The notes: generated from the letters alone by a model not told the origin. Positions 48,032-58,921 are shown, counted from the stretch's first letter. The stretch is DNA of 64,000 bases from Deltaproteobacteria bacterium (GCA_025361065.1 JANYAY010000064.1:40086-104085); one strand, 5' to 3'. Made by a program: numbers and translations.

Positions 48032-51000
48032 TCAATGCCGCACGACGGTAATTTCCACAAAATGTTCAATATTATCGTCTACCAGTTTAATCCATTTATC
48101 CTCCTGCATTATCCCGTCGACGGTCAGGATCGAGGCATATTCCCCTGCAGGTACTTGCGAAACCCTTATGTTTATGTGGTACATAGTCTCCCGATACCGA
48201 TAGTGCACCTTGAAACAATCCCACCCGCCAGGAAGACATGGCGAGATCAGCAACCTATCCCCTTCCAGTTTGAGCCCCAGGAGTGATTCTACAATAAGCA
48301 GGTACATCCATCCTGCTGATCCCGTATACCATGTCCATCCACCGCGACCCGTGTGCGGCGGGACTGCATATACATCGGCTGCGACGACATATGGTTCCAC
48401 TTTATAGATTCCAATCTCCTCGGCCGATCTCCCGCGATTTACAGGGTTAATCATTGTAAGGAGCTCCCATGCACGCTTGCTGTCGCCCATCGTCGCAAAG
48501 GCCATAGCAGCCCAGATGGCGCTATGTGTGTACTGCGCACCATTTTCCCGTACTCCGGGGGCGTACCCCTTGATATAGCCGGGATTCAGATCCGATTTGT
48601 CAAAAGGCGGGTCCAGAAGTTGAACCAGCCCATCATCGCGGCGAACGAGGTATTTATCCAGGGAGTCCATGGCCATGCGCGAGCGGGCGATACTGCCGGC
48701 CCCGGACAGGACAGACCAGCTTTGGGCAATGGAATCGATCCGGCATTCCATATTGCATGATGAACCGAGCGGCGTGCCGTCGTCGAAGTAAGCACGGAGG
48801 TACCAGCTACCATCCCAGCCATTCAGATCAATATTCCGGCTCAAATTACCTGCTTCCCTCTCACAGCGTTCGGCAAAGGGCAGATCACCATGCAGGCGTG
48901 CTACTTCCATGAAACTCATAAGTACTTTATAGAGGAAAAATGCGAGCCAGACACTTTCGCCTTTGCCGTCTTTCCCCACCATGTTCATTCCGTCGTTCCA
49001 GTCACCGGAGCCGATGAGCGGCAGTCCATGTTCGCCAAATTTGAGCCCTCTCATGATAGCCCGGACGCAGTGATCGTAAAGACTGGCGGTCTCTTGAGAA
49101 GGGATGGGCAAATCGTAATAAGAATCCTCCTCCGCATCTACCGGGCGACCTTTGACGAAGTGGATGGATTCGTCCAATACCCCGGAATCTCCTGTGTTCA
49201 AAATATAGCGGCAGGTTGTCAACGGCAGCCACAGATAATCATCCGAACAGTGAGTGCGCACACCCCGGCCCGATGGTGGATGCCACCAATGCTGAACGTC
49301 TCCTTCCGGGAACTGATGAGCCGCACAGCGAAGTAAGTGCTCGCGGACGAGGCGCGGCTCTGCGTAGATGAGAGCCATCGAGTCCTGCAACTGGTCGCGG
49401 AAACCGAAGGCGCCTCCTGACTGGTAGTAACCACTCCGCCCCCAAAAACGGCAGGCCAGTGTCTGATATAAGAGCCAGCCGTTGGTCATGACGTTTACAG
49501 ACGGTTCCGGTGTTTCCACCTGAATTGCGCCGAGGGTATGATTCCAGTACTCCCTTACTGCATCAAGTGCCTGACGGGCAGCAACAGCTCCCTGGAAGCG
49601 GTATGCCAGGTTGCCCGCGTCATCGGAGTCCCGGCCTGCGCCTAAGGTAAAGACGATCTCCCGTTCTTCCCCGTCAGCCAGAATAAAAGCCACCTGGATA
49701 GCTCCGCAGGGATCAAAGGCGGCTCCTACCTTGCCGGAAAGCTTTAACCGCGTCATTGCAGCGGGATTGGCGAGCGTTCCGTTACGACCAAGGAATTCCG
49801 TCCGGTCGCCGCTTAATGTACGGTTTACATCGTCCACATTGAAAAATGCCGTTCGGTTGCCAAATTGAGCGTTGTAAGGATTCCTTGCAAAGATGGCACC
49901 GCTTAAAGGGTTGATCTCTGTAATAACGTGCATTACTGATTTTGATCTCAGATCTCCCAGCACCCATTCTGCATATCCAGTGGCAGAAAGCCGCCGTGGC
50001 CGACCCGACTGGTTGCGCACTTTTAACACCGTAAACTTGACAGGCATGTCCAAGCCGACGTATACGCGCACCTCCGTGCTGATACCCCGCTCAACGTGCT
50101 CGAAGACGCTGTAGCCGAAACCATGACGCGTAAGGTAGGGCGTGGCTCCGCAGCAGGGCAATGGCATGGGGGACCAGAAGTGGCCGCGCTCTTCATCACG
50201 AATGTAAAAGGCTTCTCCGCTCGAATCGCTGACGGGATCATTGTGCCAGGGTGTAAGGCGGAACTCGTGGGCATTCTCGCTCCAGGTATAGGCAAGACCA
50301 TTCTCGGAGACAACGGTTCCGAAAAGCGGGTTCGCCAGTACATTTACCCATGGTGCCGGCGTTACTTGCCCGCGGGCAGTTGAAATCACATACTCCCGGC
50401 CATCAGGAGTGAACCCTCCCAATCCATTGAAATACATCAGATCATTGATCGTTTGGGCCGCTACCGGCAAGGTATCGCCGCGCTTGGTTCGGGTCGGTAT
50501 GAGGGCCGGCACCGAGCTTTCCGCTAGACTTCGACGGGCGAGCTGGTCATTGAGCGTTCCCCTGCGGTCAGTAATGATGATACGGGCAACCGCCTGCAAC
50601 AGAACACGGTCTTCCTTCGATATCTGATCGGAGTGTCTTACGAAAATGCCGCCCTGTCGATCAATAACGTTATTTTCGAGGCCTGCGGCGATCAGCCCCA
50701 TGATTTGTTCGTGAAGCAGTTGCCGGTAACCGGCGTGCTCTTCGTTCCAGATCACCAGGTCTACGGCCAATCCTTTGAGGTGCCAGTATAAATGGGCCTG
50801 AACGAGTTGGCGGACCAGGTTGATATTCGCCGGATCTTCAATCTGCAAAAGTATAATAGGGAGATCGCCGGAAATAGAGTAGCCCCAGAGGTTGGATTGT
50901 CCGCGACGATTATTGATGATGGCCCCTCCACCTGCACGGAGTGAGGAGTTAGCATATATAACAGAGGCGGCAAGACGTCCATATGTCTGTGCATCGGTTT

Positions 51001-54000
51001 CCGTGGCATTGATCTGCCTCAGCACCACTTCGCTATGGGTCCAGGCCAGATCAAAGACACGATCAGCCAGTCGCCGGTCCTGGTATTTCCGGACTAATCC
51101 CAGACAGGCATCACGGTTTTCGCCGATACCGGTGACGATATTAATTGTTGCCGCTGTTTCCGGATCCAGGGTTATTTTGTGCCTGATCGCCACAATCGGA
51201 TCAAGCACTGATCCTGCACTGTCCGAAAGTGCCGCGGAGTCTCTCATTGCCTGTGGATAGACAACTGTGTTTCCACGGCCGATGAACCGCATGCGGTCGG
51301 TCTCATAGGAGACTTCTCCTGTTTCCGCTCCGTGCACAACCACAAGGTGGAACATCCATGGCGGCTTTTCGCTGATGGAGCGAGGCCGACGTGTGCAGAG
51401 TATTGCACTCTCGCGGCGGATGATCTCAGTCTGGACAAAGAGATTGCTGAACGCAGGGTGCAGTTCGTCCTGAACGGCCGATGTAAGAACGACTTCCGCG
51501 TAGCTTGTTACCTCGATTGTTCTCACTGTCCTCGCCCTGTTGGTAATTGTAATCCGCCTCAGTTCGATGTCATCCTCGGGCGATACCGCAATCTCTGTAT
51601 AGGTGTCAAAGTCCTGATCCCGACGGCGAAACTCCGCCCGTCCTTCCGAAAATATTGCTTCGTACGAACTCACAGCCTTGAGTGCCGGTTGGTGTGTCGT
51701 TGACCAGAAGAGGCCACTTGCTATGTCCCGGATATAACAGAAAGTGCCCCAATTGTCGCAAGTGCTGTCTTCGCGCCATCTTGTCACTGCCATCTCTTTC
51801 CAGCGGCTGTAACCGCCGCCCGCGTTTGTGACCATTACGTGGTATCTTCCGTTCGATAACAGCTGCACTTCCGGCCTGGGGGTGTCGGGGCCCGTATAGA
51901 CACGTACGGGCATCTCTACTCCTTCATGTAAAGCTGTATGTAAATCCGGAAGGTCAGTAGTGTGCGAATAGAAGGCTGTGACCTTTGGAACCCGTTCCTG
52001 AAGCAAGAGCATAATTGCCTGAAAAGAGGGGTCCGATTCGAATCGCCTTTGCATAGGGTGGTTCATAAGCAAAAAGCCCAGGGCCAGGAGGCTCATGCCC
52101 TGGTGATGAGCCATGAAGGACCGTACTACGGCGCTCGATTGCCCGCGGGGCAGATGGGTCGGGGTGTAGTCAATGGCTTCATAGAAACCATATCGCCCCT
52201 CAAAGCCCAGAACTGTGAGATTTTCGAGATTTAGACAGGCCTCTTCAGGGGCCACCATTAGCGCCAGCATTGAGGCATAGGGGGCAACGACCAGATCACC
52301 GCCAAGCCCGCGTTTGAGTCCCAGGCCGGGCACACCAAAGGCACTGTACTGGTAATTAAGGTTAACATCGATTGTGTTATACCCTGATTCTGAAATACCC
52401 CAGGGCACTCCCCGCTGTTTTCCATACTCGATCTGCCTGGCAACAGCCGCCTTATAGGTCTGGTCGATCAGTGTGTCTTCATACGTCGGCATCACCAGGA
52501 GCGGCATGAGGTACTCGAACATCGAACCGCTCCAGGAAAGGAGAATCGGCCTTCCGGCAACGGTAATGAGCAGGCGTCCCAAAGCAAACCAGCTCTCCTG
52601 CGGCAATTTTCCCTGGGCAATGGCGACGAACGTGGAGAGTCTCGCCTCTGATGCGAGTAAATCATAGTAACTCGCGTCCCGCCGGTTTTCGCTGACGTTG
52701 TAGCCGATAGCCAACAGATGGCGAGCCTCGTCGTAGAGGAAATCGTACTCCATGCAGGCAAGTTCACCGGATTCCCGCGTCAGGTCTTCAATAACCCTTA
52801 TTCTCGCTTTGGCCCGGACAGTAGCCTCCATGATAAACTCTCGAAGCCTGTGGGAATCTGTGATTGCAGGCAGTAACTCCTTCTCCAGATTGACCAATGT
52901 GCGTAGCGTCGGAATATCATCAAGGATGGGAAATTTGCTTACTACTTCGGGAGAGAGGGGTAGAATAATCCAGGGTAAAAGAAATTCCAGTTCGTCGAGA
53001 GCGGCCCGGCATTGCGTGGCGAAAGACCTCGCCCAGTATGCCGCCTGGCTCTCCGGAGCTGTGGCAAAGTCATAGACCAATTCCCCTGCTATCGTTGCGA
53101 GCGGACCTAGTCTTTGCCATACACCCAGGAGTGAGTCCGACCATGAAGCGCAAAGAGACTGTAAATCCTCCTGTACCCGGGTGAGCCTGGCCGGTGTGTT
53201 TTCTCCCGCTTCATCCAGGAGAATCTTCAGCGTGTCGTTAAGTCCGTCGAATACTTTTCGTCCAAATACCTTCTCATCGGGCAACTCGGTGAGCCCTACC
53301 CGCAATACCAACAGGTAAGCTGCAAGATTCCCGCTGTCCACAGTCGAAATATAGACGGGCAAAAGTGGTTTTAGAGTTTGTGTATCGTACCAGTTGTAGA
53401 AGTGTCCTTTGTAGCGTTCCATGGTTTCCATAGCACGGAAAGCATTGGCTGTGCGGGAAATAAGCTGCCCTCCGGAAATATAACCGAAGTCCCACGCTGA
53501 TAAATTGGCCAGAAGGGCAAGCCCCATGTTAGTTGGCGAAGTACGATGGGCAATCTTGGCAATGGGATGTTCCTGATAGTTATCAGGTGGAAGCCAATGA
53601 TCATCCGGGCCGACGAAGGTCTCGAAGAATGCCCAGGTTTTTCGCGAAATCTTTCGCAAAAAAATGAGCTGTTCGGAATTAAGATTTGATTCACGACATT
53701 TTAACGGCTCGCTCAGCCACCACACTATCAGGGGGGAGATAAACCAGAGCAGGAGAACTGGCAGGGAGTAAGGAAAAGCCTCCGGCCGGGACCCCGCGAG
53801 ATATATCCCTGTGGAAACGGCAATGACCGGCGAGACCCACATGGTCCGGCAGGCGCCGACCAGGTCTTTGCGGCTGTCGTGGTCGGAGTCGCCCGAGGGG
53901 TTCCATTCGAGAAGCCGTTTATTAGCAAACAGCATTCGCCAGATTGTGCGTAAAACGGCATCAATATTGAAAAATGCCTCGTAGGGAAGACAGAGGATCG

Positions 54001-56716
54001 TAAATGCAATCTGACCGAGACTCCTGCCGCTTGCGCGAAGGGCCCCGGAAATGTGTTGACCAAGAAGGACATCGTCCGGTTTTTGCATGAAGTCCAGGAA
54101 TGAGGTAATCAAAGTAGGAATCAGGAGTATCCCGATGACCGACAAGGTCCAGAACCAGGGCATGGGCAAAACCGTCCAGCCGAGGAGAAGCAGGAGAGTC
54201 AATGCCCAAGGCAGGAGGCTGCGTCGAAGATTGTCAAAAATCTTCCATCGGGAGAGCATGGAGAGTGGGTTCTTCCGGCTACGCCTGTCGAAGGCCGGAA
54301 CACGAGGCAGCAGCCAGTGTGCAATCTGCCAATCCCCGCGAATCCAGCGGTGTTTGCGATTTACATCTGCACCGTAGCTTGTGGGATACTCCTCATATAA
54401 CTGCACATCACTTAGAAGTCCTGCCCTTGCATAGCACCCTTCGATAAGATCGTGGCTTAATATCCTGTTCTCCGGCAAGCGTTTTTCGAGTGCCTGCTCA
54501 AAGGCATCAACATCGTAAATGCCCTTACCAATGAAAGAGCCTTCGCCGAAGAGATCCTGGTAAACATCAGATATGACGCGTGTATAGGGATCAATACCTG
54601 CATCACTTCCCCACATGTTGGCATACCGTGTCCGGTTTGTACCGGGCAGACTAACAGCCACCCGTGGCTGAAGGATACCGTATCCGGCACTGATACGCTG
54701 CTTCTTTTCATCATATTGCGGACGATTCAGTGGGTGTGCCATGGCCCCCACCAGCTGCCGCGCAGCATCACGTGGTAGTTGAGTATCCGTGTCCAGAGTA
54801 ATGATGTATTTCACTTTCCACAATATTTCCACATTACCGACTATGAGCGAAAAGCACTCTTTTGCCCTCCCCCGGAGAAAGGAATTCAGTTCCGCAAGTT
54901 TTCCCCGCTTACGTTCATAACCCATCCAGATATTGTCCTTTGGATTGAAGCGGCGTGGACGATGGAAAAGGAAGAATTTGTTGCCTTTTGATGCTCTGTA
55001 CTTTTCGTTCAGTTCTTCTATTCGCTGCCGGGCAACCCCTAAGAGGGGCTCATCTTCGGGCAGTTTTTCCGCAGCAGCGTCCCGAAAATCAGTGAGCAAC
55101 CCGAAAAGCAGGTTTTCGTCCCTGTTGGCGAGAAACCTCACTTCGAGCGCATTCATCAGATGCTCAATATTTTCCTTACTTGTGATCATGGTGGGTACAA
55201 TTACCAGAGTACACGATTCGGGGGGAATTCCTTTGGAGAAGTCCATTCTCGGAAGCAGACGCGGCGTCACGAGACGCATTGTAAGCCAGTTCGTAAGCGC
55301 TATGGCTAACTGGCTTACACAGAGAAAGCAGAGTATCCCTAAAAGCCACTCAGATGAACCACGCAAACCCTGGGAATGAGCCTCTACAAGCACCCCCCCG
55401 GTAAAAATCGCCATGATCAGGCCGATGGTGCCAAGATAGAAGGTCAAAGGAAATTTGCTGATTATTTTTTTAATTGTTGCATTTAAACATAAACGCACGC
55501 AGGCCAGCTCTTCTAGCCTAGCCAACCCCTTGTCTATGAGGTAGAAACCAACATGTTGCGTCCGATTGACTCCATCGGAACAATCTTCACCCTCACCGGC
55601 CAGGCTGATCGCAACGCGTGCCACTTCATTTTCGGATAATCGGCTGCTCTTTGCCAGCTTCTCCACTGCATGACGGTACTGATCACGCGTTGCAAAATCC
55701 ATGTTTCCGTAAATACCGCCCGGATCCTCACAGAGTGTCTGTTCTACTACACTCATGGTTTCGACAAACTTGCGCCAGTCCATGGCACTGAGGAATCGGA
55801 GGCTGCCGATGCTGTTGCTTATGGAAAGCTGATCTGCCGCTTGTTGCTGGTTCTCCGATTGCACTAATTGCTCAATCGTCAGGCTTGATTCTACGAGATG
55901 CTGCTCAATCCAGGTGAGCGGTAATGCGAGAGCGGGACCCTGTCCCTGCAGACGGCGTGTAAGTTCCGCGACAAAGGCACTCACCATATTGGGCTTAGAA
56001 CGCGCCATGTCGGCAATGATCAGTATTAGATCATTCGGGTTCTTTCCGGCTGTCTCCGTAATCCGGTCCGCCCAGTAATCGGCGTTGTTCCGGTCGATCC
56101 TGTCGGCGGCAATACGTGTGGAAACGCGACGGAGATTCTCTATTAGCGCGAGCCGTAACATGATGGGTATTGCCCATAATTCGCCCATCGTAAGCTCGTT
56201 AACCGTCTGATAGGCTGTTACGAAACTACTGAGATTCTCCTTATCCACCCGGCCATCGCCGTGAGATATCGTCTCCAGTGCAATATCGTACACACGGGGA
56301 AGCCCCGATGACGGACCATTTTTCAAGCGGGGCAACACCTTACTGTAGCCTTTGGGCAAATGTCTCTTGGCTGTGCGAACCTGTTCTTCTATAAGATAAA
56401 AGTTGTCGAGAAGCCATTCCCCGGCCGGTGTAATCCTCCGGTTTCCTTTTACGGCCTCTGTAAGCAGGTCTCGAACTTCATGGAGAACGCCTTCATTCTC
56501 ACCCAGTCGTGTCAGCAGTTTTTCAGTGATAGGTGCTGAGCTCAAGGTGTGGATGCCGGCAAGGGTCTTGCCATGCTGCTCCATCTGGGAGGCGCCGAAC
56601 AACTCTGATCGGAGCGGCGTTTCATAACCAATTCGCTTTTGCGCCGGAGCTTTTCCACGGAGACGCATCCACAAATGTGGCATCTTCCCGATAATGGCTT
56701 TACGAAGGAATATCAA
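48032..56716 (-). CDS. cyclic beta-1,2-glucan synthase-like giant protein (GT84 glycosyltransferase + GH94 phosphorylase region; ChvB/NdvB/Cgs family)
   Basis: A 2894-aa uninterrupted ORF with N-terminal TM segments. The GT domain has ITLDTDTQLP (DxD) and HRWIRGDWQ. More TM segments follow, then a long C-terminal GH94-like region. It has a TTG start (alternative ATG at 56683). It is GC-rich: 38 of 60 in line 50101-50160. Confidence 0.85.
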   Translation of the reverse strand: MIFLRKAIIGKMPHLWMRLRGKAPAQKRIGYETPLRSELFGASQMEQHGKTLAGIHTLSSAPITEKLLTRLGENEGVLHEVRDLLTEAVKGNRRITPAGEWLLDNFYLIEEQVRTAKRHLPKGYSKVLPRLKNGPSSGLPRVYDIALETISHGDGRVDKENLSSFVTAYQTVNELTMGELWAIPIMLRLALIENLRRVSTRIAADRIDRNNADYWADRITETAGKNPNDLILIIADMARSKPNMVSAFVAELTRRLQGQGPALALPLTWIEQHLVESSLTIEQLVQSENQQQAADQLSISNSIGSLRFLSAMDWRKFVETMSVVEQTLCEDPGGIYGNMDFATRDQYRHAVEKLAKSSRLSENEVARVAISLAGEGEDCSDGVNRTQHVGFYLIDKGLARLEELACVRLCLNATIKKIISKFPLTFYLGTIGLIMAIFTGGVLVEAHSQGLRGSSEWLLGILCFLCVSQLAIALTNWLTMRLVTPRLLPRMDFSKGIPPESCTLVIVPTMITSKENIEHLMNALEVRFLANRDENLLFGLLTDFRDAAAEKLPEDEPLLGVARQRIEELNEKYRASKGNKFFLFHRPRRFNPKDNIWMGYERKRGKLAELNSFLRGRAKECFSLIVGNVEILWKVKYIITLDTDTQLPRDAARQLVGAMAHPLNRPQYDEKKQRISAGYGILQPRVAVSLPGTNRTRYANMWGSDAGIDPYTRVISDVYQDLFGEGSFIGKGIYDVDAFEQALEKRLPENRILSHDLIEGCYARAGLLSDVQLYEEYPTSYGADVNRKHRWIRGDWQIAHWLLPRVPAFDRRSRKNPLSMLSRWKIFDNLRRSLLPWALTLLLLLGWTVLPMPWFWTLSVIGILLIPTLITSFLDFMQKPDDVLLGQHISGALRASGRSLGQIAFTILCLPYEAFFNIDAVLRTIWRMLFANKRLLEWNPSGDSDHDSRKDLVGACRTMWVSPVIAVSTGIYLAGSRPEAFPYSLPVLLLWFISPLIVWWLSEPLKCRESNLNSEQLIFLRKISRKTWAFFETFVGPDDHWLPPDNYQEHPIAKIAHRTSPTNMGLALLANLSAWDFGYISGGQLISRTANAFRAMETMERYKGHFYNWYDTQTLKPLLPVYISTVDSGNLAAYLLVLRVGLTELPDEKVFGRKVFDGLNDTLKILLDEAGENTPARLTRVQEDLQSLCASWSDSLLGVWQRLGPLATIAGELVYDFATAPESQAAYWARSFATQCRAALDELEFLLPWIILPLSPEVVSKFPILDDIPTLRTLVNLEKELLPAITDSHRLREFIMEATVRAKARIRVIEDLTRESGELACMEYDFLYDEARHLLAIGYNVSENRRDASYYDLLASEARLSTFVAIAQGKLPQESWFALGRLLITVAGRPILLSWSGSMFEYLMPLLVMPTYEDTLIDQTYKAAVARQIEYGKQRGVPWGISESGYNTIDVNLNYQYSAFGVPGLGLKRGLGGDLVVAPYASMLALMVAPEEACLNLENLTVLGFEGRYGFYEAIDYTPTHLPRGQSSAVVRSFMAHHQGMSLLALGFLLMNHPMQRRFESDPSFQAIMLLLQERVPKVTAFYSHTTDLPDLHTALHEGVEMPVRVYTGPDTPRPEVQLLSNGRYHVMVTNAGGGYSRWKEMAVTRWREDSTCDNWGTFCYIRDIASGLFWSTTHQPALKAVSSYEAIFSEGRAEFRRRDQDFDTYTEIAVSPEDDIELRRITITNRARTVRTIEVTSYAEVVLTSAVQDELHPAFSNLFVQTEIIRRESAILCTRRPRSISEKPPWMFHLVVVHGAETGEVSYETDRMRFIGRGNTVVYPQAMRDSAALSDSAGSVLDPIVAIRHKITLDPETAATINIVTGIGENRDACLGLVRKYQDRRLADRVFDLAWTHSEVVLRQINATETDAQTYGRLAASVIYANSSLRAGGGAIINNRRGQSNLWGYSISGDLPIILLQIEDPANINLVRQLVQAHLYWHLKGLAVDLVIWNEEHAGYRQLLHEQIMGLIAAGLENNVIDRQGGIFVRHSDQISKEDRVLLQAVARIIITDRRGTLNDQLARRSLAESSVPALIPTRTKRGDTLPVAAQTINDLMYFNGLGGFTPDGREYVISTARGQVTPAPWVNVLANPLFGTVVSENGLAYTWSENAHEFRLTPWHNDPVSDSSGEAFYIRDEERGHFWSPMPLPCCGATPYLTRHGFGYSVFEHVERGISTEVRVYVGLDMPVKFTVLKVRNQSGRPRRLSATGYAEWVLGDLRSKSVMHVITEINPLSGAIFARNPYNAQFGNRTAFFNVDDVNRTLSGDRTEFLGRNGTLANPAAMTRLKLSGKVGAAFDPCGAIQVAFILADGEEREIVFTLGAGRDSDDAGNLAYRFQGAVAARQALDAVREYWNHTLGAIQVETPEPSVNVMTNGWLLYQTLACRFWGRSGYYQSGGAFGFRDQLQDSMALIYAEPRLVREHLLRCAAHQFPEGDVQHWWHPPSGRGVRTHCSDDYLWLPLTTCRYILNTGDSGVLDESIHFVKGRPVDAEEDSYYDLPIPSQETASLYDHCVRAIMRGLKFGEHGLPLIGSGDWNDGMNMVGKDGKGESVWLAFFLYKVLMSFMEVARLHGDLPFAERCEREAGNLSRNIDLNGWDGSWYLRAYFDDGTPLGSSCNMECRIDSIAQSWSVLSGAGSIARSRMAMDSLDKYLVRRDDGLVQLLDPPFDKSDLNPGYIKGYAPGVRENGAQYTHSAIWAAMAFATMGDSKRAWELLTMINPVNRGRSAEEIGIYKVEPYVVAADVYAVPPHTGRGGWTWYTGSAGWMYLLIVESLLGLKLEGDRLLISPCLPGGWDCFKVHYRYRETMYHINIRVSQVPAGEYASILTVDGIMQEDKWIKLVDDNIEHFVEITVVRH

Positions 56717-56935
56717 CTTTAAGATCTCCCTATTTATAAATGAGGTTTAATCCTTTAATTATTCTAATTAGCTCAATTATGTGTCTGTTGCGTATTTTTG
56801 CCGATAAGCAATTTCTGTTTAACTGGTGTGTAACCGCGGTCAGATCCAGATATATCAGTTTTAATTCTGACACCCTAATTCTTTAGCGATGGGAAATCTA
56901 ACTGGACATTTAACTTGTTGGTTCCCGTTTACCAT

Positions 56936-57736
56936 CTATAGCCAGCGTTTGCGGCGTTTATATGATTTGACATCTTTATAAGATTTGGCAATACCGGAGG
57001 CGGCCATGCCCAGGTAAAATTCTTTGACATCCGGATTATCGGATAATTCTTTTGCTGTTCCTTCCATCATGATCTTGCCGTTTTCCATAACATAACCGTA
57101 ATGGGCAACTTGAAGCGCCATGTTGGCGTTTTGTTCCACTAAGATGATTGTGGCGCCTTGATCTTCGTTTATTTTTTTAATGATTTGAAATATTTCTTTG
57201 ACGACAAGCGGGGCCAAACCCAGGGACGGTTCATCAAGCATTAACAGCTGCGGATGCGCCATCAGCGCCCTACCGATAACCAGCATTTGCAACTCACCTC
57301 CGCTGCAATAACCGGCTAATGATTTTCTTCTTGCCACGAGGGCCGGAAAATAATTGTAAACCATCTCCAAGTCCTGCTTATAGGGCTTTCCCGCCCGCGT
57401 TGCTGTGCCTACACGCAAATTTTCTTCAATCGTTAAATATTTGAAGGGCTGACGGCCTTCCAGAACTTGAATTATTCCCTGACGTGTTATGTGTTCCGGC
57501 GCTTGATTCTGAATGTTCTTACCTTGAAAAATAATTTCACCATCCGTTACCTCACCATTCTCCGGTTTGAGCAAACTGGATACGGCCTTTAAGGTAGTTG
57601 TTTTCCCGGCGCCGTTGCTACCCAGAAGAGATACTATATGCCCCTTTTCCACACTTAAAGAAACACCTTTTAATACCCGTATAACATCTGAATATACAAC
57701 GGATATATTATTTATTTGTAAAAGTATTTCGCCCAT
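56936..57736 (-). CDS. HAAT-family (Liv-type) ABC transporter ATP-binding protein, LivF-like
   Basis: GSNGAGKTT, SGGELQML and LMLDEPS motifs in 266 aa. Confidence 0.88.
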   Translation of the reverse strand: MGEILLQINNISVVYSDVIRVLKGVSLSVEKGHIVSLLGSNGAGKTTTLKAVSSLLKPENGEVTDGEIIFQGKNIQNQAPEHITRQGIIQVLEGRQPFKYLTIEENLRVGTATRAGKPYKQDLEMVYNYFPALVARRKSLAGYCSGGELQMLVIGRALMAHPQLLMLDEPSLGLAPLVVKEIFQIIKKINEDQGATIILVEQNANMALQVAHYGYVMENGKIMMEGTAKELSDNPDVKEFYLGMAASGIAKSYKDVKSYKRRKRWL

Positions 57737-57850
57737 AATCTACCTTAGACCAGACAACCGGTATAATTTGCTGATTTACTAACCCCGCTTTGCGGGATAA
57801 GAAAATCTACGAAATATTTCTGCTCAAAAAGCAGAATATTTCTTGATTTT

Positions 57851-58921
57851 CTAATATGAAAACGGCCACAGCCTGAAATTGGACCGTATTATCCGCCATA
57901 ACTCGGCAATTCCGCGTGGTTCCAGTAAAATAAATAAAACAATAGATAATCCAAAGACAAATTCGCGCAAAGGCGCCATATTTAAACCGGAACTGGTTAC
58001 AACGCCGATATTCATGAGAAAGCCGGTAATGTAGCGTAGCAGTTCATTAAGTAGCGTGATGAATGTAGCCCCAAATATTGCTCCGGGAATATTGCCCATA
58101 CCGCCAATGATAACCATGGCAATAAATTCTACGGATAGGCTTAGATTAAAAGGTTCGGCGGTTACGCTGACCATATAATAAGCCCAGAGCGCTCCGGCAA
58201 AACCGGCATAAAAAGAGCTCATCGCAAAAGATAGTAGTTTATATTTAAAGATCGGAATGCCCATGCCTTCGGCTGCCCGGTCATTATCCCGAATGGCGAT
58301 AAAAGCTCGTCCATACTTGCTGCGCATGACATTAACAGCAAACCAGGTCATTAAAACAAGGCAAAAGAAGATCAGAAAGAAAAAAGACTTATCTCCCGCT
58401 ATTTCCCATTGCATAATTTTAGCCGGAGGAATTGTAATACCCATTGTTCCCTGAGTCATGCTGTCCCAATGGATGAGAACGTATTCAATTATAAATTGAC
58501 CGGCCAGTGTGGCAATTGTTAAATACAGGCCCTTCAAACGTCCGGAAGGAATTCCGATAATCATGCCGACAAGGGCAGTGATCACACCGGCAGCCGGTAT
58601 GGCCAGATAAAAATCCAGCCCCACGCGAGTAGCTAATATGGCCGCTGCATAGGCGCCAACACCGAAAAAAGCTCCATGTCCCAATGATATCAGTCCGGTA
58701 TAGCCGATAAGAATATTCAGTCCAATTGCAGCAATGGCAGCAATACCGATAGTATTCAGAATGTAGAGCATATAAGGGCTGACTGTTAAAGGAATTACAA
58801 AAAAAAGCAAAACCAGAAACAGCCCCACACAAACCCGGCCGTAATCAGTATCAAATATGGTCAGTTCCTGAGCATAGTCTTCGCGATAATTACCGCAGGG
58901 ATGAAACGAAAATTTCCTCAT
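57851..58921 (-). CDS. HAAT-family ABC transporter permease, LivM-like
   Basis: 356 aa and polytopic. It has the GLISLGHGAFFGVGAY motif typical of LivM. Confidence 0.85.
   Translation of the reverse strand: MRKFSFHPCGNYREDYAQELTIFDTDYGRVCVGLFLVLLFFVIPLTVSPYMLYILNTIGIAAIAAIGLNILIGYTGLISLGHGAFFGVGAYAAAILATRVGLDFYLAIPAAGVITALVGMIIGIPSGRLKGLYLTIATLAGQFIIEYVLIHWDSMTQGTMGITIPPAKIMQWEIAGDKSFFFLIFFCLVLMTWFAVNVMRSKYGRAFIAIRDNDRAAEGMGIPIFKYKLLSFAMSSFYAGFAGALWAYYMVSVTAEPFNLSLSVEFIAMVIIGGMGNIPGAIFGATFITLLNELLRYITGFLMNIGVVTSSGLNMAPLREFVFGLSIVLFILLEPRGIAELWRIIRSNFRLWPFSY

Noticed and set aside
48210-56627. About 30 ORFs of 60-150 aa on both strands inside the giant glucan-synthase gene
   Set aside because: This is the same high-GC antisense or out-of-frame artefact. 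The 2894-aa frame is uninterrupted and carries family motifs throughout.
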